NCBI RefSeq assembly: GCF_000621645.1
Contig: NZ_JHXR01000001.1
Location: 362,437-394,436, forward strand
Direction of reading: 5' to 3'
Length of the DNA: 32,000 bases
Source of the DNA: Vibrio cholerae ATCC 14035
GTDB lineage: Bacteria; Pseudomonadota; Gammaproteobacteria; Enterobacterales; Vibrionaceae
Both the position numbers and the translations under genes were made by a program. Of the stretch, positions 17,913-24,284 are shown piece by piece. How positions within the stretch are numbered: position 1 is the first letter of the stretch; every line of letters begins with the position of its first letter. The notes below the pieces were generated by a model. The model had not been told where the DNA came from. It made no database searches and worked only from the letters and a program-made list of their open reading frames with translations.

Positions 17913-18758
17913 TCAATTTTTTTTAAATCTAGATATCGATTCATACTTATTGTTTATCAGTTCTTCTAGAAGATGATTCTTTTTTATCTCCAATAGGTTA
18001 GCTAATCTGTCTAGCTTTCTTCCTATGTCAGTATGCATTTCAAAGGTATATACTTTTTTATTTTTTAGTTTCATCCTATGTTTTTTCTGAACAGATGCTT
18101 TCTTTAGCTTTTCTATAAATTGATGTTTACTCATAAAATTAGGAATGATATCTTTTGGATCCCAAAGGTCTAGAATTGTAATAATAGAGTAATGAGCTAT
18201 ATCTCGGTCTAACTCGTATGGTAAAAACCATGGGTCGAGTTTGCTTTTCTTAAAGTAGTTAATTATCCATTTGGTAAATTCATCATCCTTATTATCAATG
18301 ATCCAAGTGTAATCTATACCTTTCTCAACATTGCGCCAGGAATTTTTCAGTTGGCCTACAATGCTTTCCTTTATTTCTATGCAGGTTTTTGATTTGATGA
18401 ATCTAATAATTCCATTATATATTTCATTTTTATCAACTATCTCCTTTGGGTTGATAACATGAGAGCTAGTTATAAATGTTTCTTGCATTGAATGTCTGGG
18501 ATAATGTTCAAATGCTAATATTATATCTTGTTTAAAATTAATTTCATAATCTATCGGTGGGTCATACATTAGTTTGAATGTTGCTGTTAACTTACTTTTT
18601 AATCTTTCAGAATCAATAGTATGATCAACGATCACTTCCCTTGCTCTCATATGGACAAGGTAAATTTTAGACAATAAATATAAACATTGTCGCGTGTTGT
18701 TACTATCAATCCAATCTGTTAAATATGAATATTTAAATAATTCGTTAATGTTTGTCAC
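17913..18758 (-). CDS. Hypothetical protein, AT-rich orphan with ribbon-helix-helix-like C-terminus (281 aa)
   Basis: Long ORF in a very AT-rich stretch. The C-terminal KKVYTFEMHTDIGRKLDRLANLLEIKKNHLLEELINNKY has a strand-helix-helix pattern like CopG/Arc. I recognise no family for the N-terminal ~230 aa. Confidence 0.7.
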   Translation of the reverse strand: MTNINELFKYSYLTDWIDSNNTRQCLYLLSKIYLVHMRAREVIVDHTIDSERLKSKLTATFKLMYDPPIDYEINFKQDIILAFEHYPRHSMQETFITSSHVINPKEIVDKNEIYNGIIRFIKSKTCIEIKESIVGQLKNSWRNVEKGIDYTWIIDNKDDEFTKWIINYFKKSKLDPWFLPYELDRDIAHYSIITILDLWDPKDIIPNFMSKHQFIEKLKKASVQKKHRMKLKNKKVYTFEMHTDIGRKLDRLANLLEIKKNHLLEELINNKYESISRFKKN

Positions 18759-19049
18759 AATGTGTATTTACGTTGTTTTAATGAAAGTTACATAGTAATT
18801 TTTATGAGTTTTACAGTCTTGCTTTTTCCTGTGGATTTGATGGGTTTTGCGGTGTGCATCACTTATGGTGCGCTAATGTTTTTCCAGAGTGGCAGAACGT
18901 GACATTGTCTCTAGATGTGCATTGGTACAGAAGGCGGGTAGCTAAGGTAATTAGTTCGATTATGTTGGTATAGTAATATAGGTCTAGTAAGCACATTAAA
19001 ATAACAAGGTGGTTATCTTCTATGAACAAGTTAACAATAGAGGTGACTA

Positions 19050-19690
19050 ATGAAACGTTTAATTCAAAATCCAAACCTGACTCTTTTCTATGACGAGAGT
19101 TTTTTATCTAATCCTGTCATTAAAGAACATGCTCCATTATGCAAGGAATATTTGATTGCCATTAAGGATGTTTTGGATATTTCTTTGACTGAATATAGTC
19201 GAGTTTACGTTCAGAGAATTGATCTTAGATACCCTAGCTATTATACAGGGCATAATTGTGGCGATATTTCTAGTTTTTTTCTTCGTTAAAAGCAAAAATA
19301 AAACATGACTTAAAAATAAAGGGTAAGGTTGGTAAATGTACTTTAAGATACGTTTGGGTAAGGGAGCAATTAAGTTCAGGGAATCCTCATTACCATGTGG
19401 CATTATTTCTTAATAAAGATGTTTACTTTTGTTTGGGGGATATTACTAAGGATAGTGATAATTTTTCTTCAATGATAAAAGCAGCATGGGCAAGTGCTTT
19501 AGGTATTGAATACTTTGAGGTGAAAAGTAGTGTGCATTTCCCAAGTAACTCTACTTATTACATTTATAAGGGGAAAGATCCTTATCAAGAGGAATACCGA
19601 CAGTGTTTTTATCGCTTAAGCTACTTGGCTAAAATTGATACAAAAATCTATTCGAATGGATTAAAAAATCTCTCGACTAGTCGAAAATAA
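19050..19690 (+). pseudogene. YagK/YfjJ (inovirus Gp2-like) family gene, frameshifted in a T7 run
   Basis: ORFs 19050..19289 and 19274..19690 are in different frames and join in the T7 tract 19274-19280. The joined protein reads ..RIDLRYP..GDISSFFSSLKAKIKHDL..CTLRYVWVREQLSSGNPHYHVALFLNKD..AAWASALG..VHFP..YRLSYLAKIDTK, the family's conserved blocks. Confidence 0.8.
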
Positions 19691-19713
19691 AAAAAAGAGG
19701 CTCGCCTCTTTTT
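19691..19713. terminator. Bidirectional terminator between the yagK-like gene and the GTPase gene
   Basis: A-run, then AAAGAGG-CTCG-CCTCTTT, then a T-run. Confidence 0.7.
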
Positions 19714-19724
19714 AATGGTTACAT

Positions 19725-20711
19725 TTAAAACCCAAATGTATATCGTAAACCACCGAAAAATAGACCAGCGACAGAGCCTACGACTTTACCTAGGATCTCG
19801 CCTGGTTTTCCGAAAATAGATCCGATATCGGAGCCAATAGATGCGCCTTGTAAAGTTGTTTCTACAATGGCTTCCCAAAGGCTTAAGGTGGTTTTTTTAT
19901 TGTAATCGCTGGCATCGTTATCTTTCCAATTATCTGCATCATTGGAAATGGTACGATTTGCCAGCATTACTCGTTTATTGTTTGGTAGTATTTCGACAAT
20001 GGTATAAAGCAGTTTTGATAGATTGTAAGGCCTCTGGCGATTGACTCCATCACTGTAGCCCGCCACAAAGTAAAGAGTCTTCACATTTATCTGTGTGGCT
20101 TTATGTATACGTCTTGCTATCGAGTTTTGTTGTTTCTCCAGAAATGCCTTAGCCTTGTCCGTTGGTAGATTGTCGCTGTAGTTCCATGATTCAGGTCCTT
20201 TCAATGCAACGTCGGCTTGATTCACCGCAACGATGAGCCGCTTTTCGGCATCATCGCCTAATTGCGGGATAACAATGTCATTGATGAGTCTCAATGGTGT
20301 TCCCAGATCGCGAGAGCCGCCATCAAGTATCACCAGAACTAAATCAATGGCCAACTGACCATGGTCATCTCGTTTGTTGAGAAGCTGTTTAATGGCCTGT
20401 ACGTGTTTTTTATCCTCATCGATCCCATCTCCAAGCCCTGGAGTGTCCCATAGCACGAGATTATTTAAGTGGTAACACTGAACAGATTCCGTGTGCGGAT
20501 CACTATCGATGCCGACTTGGGCAACCGTCATGTCAAATAGGGCGTTTATGGTGGAGCTTTTCCCAGAGCCTGTGGAACCGGTGATCAGAATATTCAGTGA
20601 TGCTTTGCGAAGGAGAGATAAGTTACTGAGTAACTTATCTTTCGTGGTTGAATCTAACGAGTTGCGAAGAATGTTATTTTCTAGAGTCGAGAATAAATCA
20701 GTGGTTTTCAT
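19725..20711 (-). CDS. P-loop GTPase (YfjP/YeeP-like, cryptic-prophage type) with C-terminal glycine-zipper tail (328 aa)
   Basis: G1 GSTGSGKSS, G3 DTPG, G4 NQAD. The C-terminus is GASIGSDIGSIFG...GKVVGSVAGLFFGG, i.e. repeated GxxxG. Confidence 0.88.
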   Translation of the reverse strand: MKTTDLFSTLENNILRNSLDSTTKDKLLSNLSLLRKASLNILITGSTGSGKSSTINALFDMTVAQVGIDSDPHTESVQCYHLNNLVLWDTPGLGDGIDEDKKHVQAIKQLLNKRDDHGQLAIDLVLVILDGGSRDLGTPLRLINDIVIPQLGDDAEKRLIVAVNQADVALKGPESWNYSDNLPTDKAKAFLEKQQNSIARRIHKATQINVKTLYFVAGYSDGVNRQRPYNLSKLLYTIVEILPNNKRVMLANRTISNDADNWKDNDASDYNKKTTLSLWEAIVETTLQGASIGSDIGSIFGKPGEILGKVVGSVAGLFFGGLRYTFGF

Positions 20712-20817
20712 TGTTGTGGAACCTCTTTCAATGTTGAGATGATGAACTGGGAAATCGCGCCCCCCCAGAACACGATGATTCTCTTTATGAACCTGTCGGT
20801 TTTCTTGATGGAGGTAA

Positions 20818-21264
20818 CTAAGGAGCCGAGGTTAATGAAATATCATCAAAAGCTTCCGTTGCGACATAGGCGAGAAAGTTACTCTCCCATAACTGATAGA
20901 GCTCTCGCGCATCACGGTTACCTACGATAGGATTCCATCCGTGATAGGCGGTGAAGAAATCCCCACGCTGGAAATCAAAATCCAAGCATCGTTCTAGCTC
21001 AGGAAAGTGGTTGCCGACATAAGCAAAATCCGTGATGTATTCAATACACCATTGGCCATCACTAGACTGACTCAGTGCAATTTCTACCGGATGAAAACCG
21101 CCATCTTCGGCACTGTAAGAACTGTCTCGAAAGTTCATGACAACCTCTTTGCTGGTGGCCTGAACTTCACTTTTTGCTTGATGTTCAGAAAGTATGTTAG
21201 CGAGTAGGGCATGAAACGGTTTGGAAATGGGAAGGTGGGTGGGTTTGAACAAAATGTTAGACAT
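20818..21264 (-). CDS. DUF2787-like protein (148 aa)
   Basis: AGGAGG SD. Shares the core GFHPVEI..W.I..I..F.Y with the neighbouring ORF. The DUF2787 assignment is from memory. Confidence 0.75.
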   Translation of the reverse strand: MSNILFKPTHLPISKPFHALLANILSEHQAKSEVQATSKEVVMNFRDSSYSAEDGGFHPVEIALSQSSDGQWCIEYITDFAYVGNHFPELERCLDFDFQRGDFFTAYHGWNPIVGNRDARELYQLWESNFLAYVATEAFDDISLTSAP

Positions 21265-21314
21265 GGTTATGCCTCCTACAAAAATAAGATTCGATTAAGA
21301 AGAATCGCCTTGGG

Positions 21315-21629
21315 TTAGCGAATCATGGTGAGTTGAATATCTTGCAACGCTTGTTTGGCAAGGTGGTGCTCAAACGCTGCGCACCAACTGCAAAATAGGT
21401 CCAACACTTCAGGTTGGGCCAAATCAGCCGTACCGGCATCAGGCTGGTAACACCAACGGTTAGCAAGGTGAAAGTAGAGCTCGACATCCAACGAGTCATG
21501 CCTGTCATTCTGATAAGAAAAACTGGCGATAAACGCGATGAACCACAGGGACTCGTTGTTTTCTCGCTTGAACTGTATTTCGACCGGATGTAGGCCCTGT
21601 CGAGAGCGGTAATAGTTGTATAGAACCAA
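21315..21629 (-). CDS. DUF2787-like protein, short copy (104 aa, TTG start; possibly 5'-truncated)
   Basis: Paralogue of 20818..21264 (GLHPVEIQF.., ..QDIQLT versus ..DDISLT). It lacks the ~45-aa N-terminal extension and has no in-frame ATG or GTG start. Confidence 0.6.
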   Translation of the reverse strand: MVLYNYYRSRQGLHPVEIQFKRENNESLWFIAFIASFSYQNDRHDSLDVELYFHLANRWCYQPDAGTADLAQPEVLDLFCSWCAAFEHHLAKQALQDIQLTMIR

Positions 21630-21794
21630 GATAATAATGGATTGGCTTCAAGATAATTCAGACAAAGATTAGGGATCAGGCTGGATTTTGGCGGATCGAT
21701 CCCGCTTAGATTGGGATAGGTGTCTCACACATAAAAGAGACCACATTGTGAGACAGAAGTAACTCACAATGTAGTATCGAGCAGAACTTAATTA

Positions 21795-21833
21795 AACATG
21801 ATAATGTTCACACATGGAACACTATGATGTTCA
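21795..21833. promoter_or_regulatory. Two operator-like inverted repeats downstream of the repressor gene
   Basis: AACATGATAATGTTCA (21795-21810) and AACACTATGATGTTCA (21818-21833), 23 bp apart. They belong to the same family as the two sites at 22345-22381. Confidence 0.5.
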
Positions 21834-21855
21834 TTTGTGATTCTCTATAGGGTGT

Positions 21856-22317
21856 CTACATTCTAAACCCTAATTGCCTTTTTATTCTGGTTTGCATGTT
21901 GATAAAACCCAGAACTTCATATTTTACGGCTCGCTTTAGAGCTTCTACATTGTCCCATGGTTCCGCTTCTACTCCCTTGTGATGAAGAACACGGTTGTAG
22001 ATTGTGGCAATATCACCGCAATATGGCTTTGTGCCAGATTCTGCTTCAAATTCCATTTCTATATATTCCATTAAGTTAACACATACCTCTTTTCGGTCCT
22101 CTGTTGTCGGCCAGCTATTTTCTTCTCCAGTCAAAAGCCAATTCAAATCGACCCTTAGTGTCTTATGAAGCGTAACCAACGCTTCACTTCCAGGAGATTG
22201 TTTACCTGACACATAGCTTTGCAGTGAACGATATGGAATCCCAGTAAACTCTGATGCACCTTTTAATGTTGAGAACTTGGCATCTATAACGCTCTTTAAG
22301 CGCTCTGATATAGACAT
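21856..22317 (-). CDS. Phage repressor, Cro/C1-type HTH (c-like, 153 aa)
   Basis: N-terminal HTH FSTLKGASEFTGIPYRSLQSYVSGKQSPGSEALVTLHKTLRVDLNWLLTGE. Divergent from a ner-like gene. GAGG SD. Confidence 0.85.
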   Translation of the reverse strand: MSISERLKSVIDAKFSTLKGASEFTGIPYRSLQSYVSGKQSPGSEALVTLHKTLRVDLNWLLTGEENSWPTTEDRKEVCVNLMEYIEMEFEAESGTKPYCGDIATIYNRVLHHKGVEAEPWDNVEALKRAVKYEVLGFINMQTRIKRQLGFRM

Positions 22318-22344
22318 AAAAACCTCAATAAACTACTTGCAATG

Positions 22345-22381
22345 AACATTATAATGTATATATTAGTCATTATGATGTCTA
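22345..22381. promoter_or_regulatory. Two operator-like inverted repeats in the c/ner divergent promoter region
   Basis: AACATTATAATGTATA (22345-22360) and GTCATTATGATGTCTA (22366-22381), 21 bp apart. The first overlaps a plausible rightward promoter: TTGCAA 22337-42, 16 nt, TATATT 22359-64. Confidence 0.55.
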
Positions 22382-22406
22382 AGTGATATAGCGGAGTAAT
22401 AAGTTA

Positions 22407-22643
22407 ATGCTTGAATATGTTTCAGTCAATCAAATTGACCCAGGAAAAGAGCTTTACAACAAAGTAAAAGCTGGATTCATCATCAAAGGGACAACATTGG
22501 GCGCTTGGTGTAGACAATCAGGCGTAAAGCAACAAAACGTTATGTCCTGTCTTATCGGGTCTTGGGATGGTCCAAAAGCAAAATTGCTAAGAGCTAAAGT
22601 CATTCATGAATCAGGAATTGTTGGAGATGAATATGGAAAGTAA
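22407..22643 (+). CDS. Ner-like DNA-binding protein (78 aa)
   Basis: Its position, first rightward gene opposite the repressor, fits Mu ner. ..LGAWCRQSGVKQQNVMSCLIGSWDGPKAKLLRAKV.. loosely resembles the Ner/Nlp HTH followed by the W-P-K-G-type segment. Confidence 0.6.
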   Translation: MLEYVSVNQIDPGKELYNKVKAGFIIKGTTLGAWCRQSGVKQQNVMSCLIGSWDGPKAKLLRAKVIHESGIVGDEYGK

Positions 22644-22968
22644 GAAAGAAAAAGATGCATTTCTGAAAATTTCCAGAATCCTGTCCACATTAAATGTGTA
22701 TCAGGCGAATTCTGTATTAAATAATATAAATCAACAAGTTAGGATTTAATCAATTGAATCGAACGCCACAAAGACAAGTCGTAAAAACAAATTAGAACGT
22801 GACCGTGAACTGTACGAGTTCATTTTAAGCCTAGATTTGGATTTCCTGACCCAAAAAGACATCAGGATACTTTGTATAGAAAAGTTCGGTGCGGAAAGAA
22901 GCCCATCAAGAACTGGCTTAAGTCGGGCACTAAAAAAAATTCAAAATCAGAAAACGTATTTGAGGTAA
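22633..22968 (+). pseudogene. Small early ORF interrupted by an in-frame TAA (38 + 72 codons)
   Basis: ATG 22633 (overlapping the ner-like stop) gives MESKKEKDAFLKISRILSTLNVYQANSVLNNINQQVRI, then TAA at 22747-49. The same frame stays open to TAA 22966-68 (SIESNATKTSRKNKLERDRELYEFILSLDLDFLTQKDIRILCIEKFGAERSPSRTGLSRALKKIQNQKTYLR) with no canonical start after the stop. Confidence 0.4.
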
Positions 22969-22972
22969 AGCA

Positions 22973-23305
22973 ATGACAAACGTACGGGACACATCAAATA
23001 CATGCCAAATGAAATCAACGACCATCGCCTTGGTCATTTTAGAAACATTATTTGAATACGGCATTAAGGGCGCAACTTTTCGAGATATCGGATTTAAAAC
23101 ACAGATCCCAAGAGCAACACTGCATCGGTACTTAACAGCACTAGTTGATGCTGGTTGGGTGGAGGCATGTGGAAGTAAACAGAATATGGTTTGGAAACCA
23201 TCAAATCATTTTATCAAGTTAGCTTTCACTTATCGTAACGCCGTTCGCGCAGAAGTTGATCGCATTGGAGCTGAATTTAGAGAGTTAACAGGAGAGGATT
23301 TATAA
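22973..23305 (+). CDS. Winged-helix DNA-binding protein (IclR-N/MarR-like HTH, 110 aa)
   Basis: ..IALVILETLFEYGIKGATFRDIGFKTQIPRATLHRYLTALVDAGWVE.. GAGG SD. Confidence 0.7.
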   Translation: MTNVRDTSNTCQMKSTTIALVILETLFEYGIKGATFRDIGFKTQIPRATLHRYLTALVDAGWVEACGSKQNMVWKPSNHFIKLAFTYRNAVRAEVDRIGAEFRELTGEDL

Positions 23306-23306
23306 G

Positions 23307-24278
23307 ATGTCCGATGAACTGAAGCAATTAATGACCGCTCAACAAGCATTGAGCGATGCGCAAGAACTGAATGCCGCTGAAGCATTAACGATTTCTCAAA
23401 GTGAGGGAACAAAACTTGGTGAAGCCGTAGACTTGGGTGCTCTTTTGGGGCGTGCTCAGATGGCCGAAAGACTGTCAAAAATTACCGACGCCGTGAGTTT
23501 GAGTACATTGAAAGAAATCAAAGAGTCTAAGAAATACAAGGCTTTAAAAGGAATCACCTTTTCAAAAAGCTCGACTGTCGGCAGTAATTTAGTTGTTCTA
23601 AAAGGCACTTGGGAAGAGTTTTGTGAAATCTATGGCAGTTCAAAATCAACCGTTGATGAACGACTAAAAAATTTAGACGTATTTGGTGCTCAGGCTCTAG
23701 AGTCAATGAGCGCAATAGGTATGACTACCAGAGACTTACGCCGACTTCGCCAACTGCCTCAAGAAGATTTGACCGCTATTGTTGAGGGTGAAGTGGTTAA
23801 AGTTCAAGACCGCGATGAAGCCTTGGAAATCATTGAAGAGCTGTCGGCAAAACATCGCCAAGAAAAACAAGCTCTGCAATCCGAAGTCACTAAGTTGACA
23901 CAAGAAAAACAATCTAACGAAAGGCTGCTAGCGGATAAAGATAAGAAGATTAATGACTTATCTAAGAAACTCGATACGCCGCTTTCACCAGCACAAGCGC
24001 GCCAGAAAGAAGAAGAACTCAACAGCAAGTTACTCGATCAATTGAACGTGGCAACTCTGGCCGTCGATAGTGGTTTGGCTCGTCTGTTTGATGCGATTCA
24101 AACGATTCATGACAACCCACATCCGACCGATATTGATGCTGCTTGTGAAAATGCGTTGTTCCATACCCTAGAGCGACTCCTCGCTTTATCAGCAGACTTA
24201 GGGATTAGTGCGCACGTGCTTAGTCATTTAGAGCAATGGCATGCAGAAAATGGCCTGTTCTTGGGTAACGAGGGCTGA
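23307..24278 (+). CDS. Hypothetical coiled-coil protein of the Mu-like early region (323 aa)
   Basis: Tightly packed (starts 1 nt after the previous stop) with a GGAGAGGA SD. The central heptad-like segment is HRQEKQALQSEVTKLTQEKQSNERLLADKDKKINDLSKKL. I recognise no family. Confidence 0.75.
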   Translation: MSDELKQLMTAQQALSDAQELNAAEALTISQSEGTKLGEAVDLGALLGRAQMAERLSKITDAVSLSTLKEIKESKKYKALKGITFSKSSTVGSNLVVLKGTWEEFCEIYGSSKSTVDERLKNLDVFGAQALESMSAIGMTTRDLRRLRQLPQEDLTAIVEGEVVKVQDRDEALEIIEELSAKHRQEKQALQSEVTKLTQEKQSNERLLADKDKKINDLSKKLDTPLSPAQARQKEEELNSKLLDQLNVATLAVDSGLARLFDAIQTIHDNPHPTDIDAACENALFHTLERLLALSADLGISAHVLSHLEQWHAENGLFLGNEG

Positions 24279-24284
24279 TCCACG

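Noticed and set aside
18859-19074. 71-aa minus-strand ORF in the divergent region upstream of the yagK-like gene
   Set aside because: It has no SD, overlaps the yagK-like start and resembles no family. It is probably a chance ORF in AT-rich DNA.
21693-21702. Perfect 10-bp palindrome GGATCGATCC (two overlapping GATC sites) near the presumed prophage left end
   Set aside because: It is short enough to occur by chance, and no second copy or associated function is visible.
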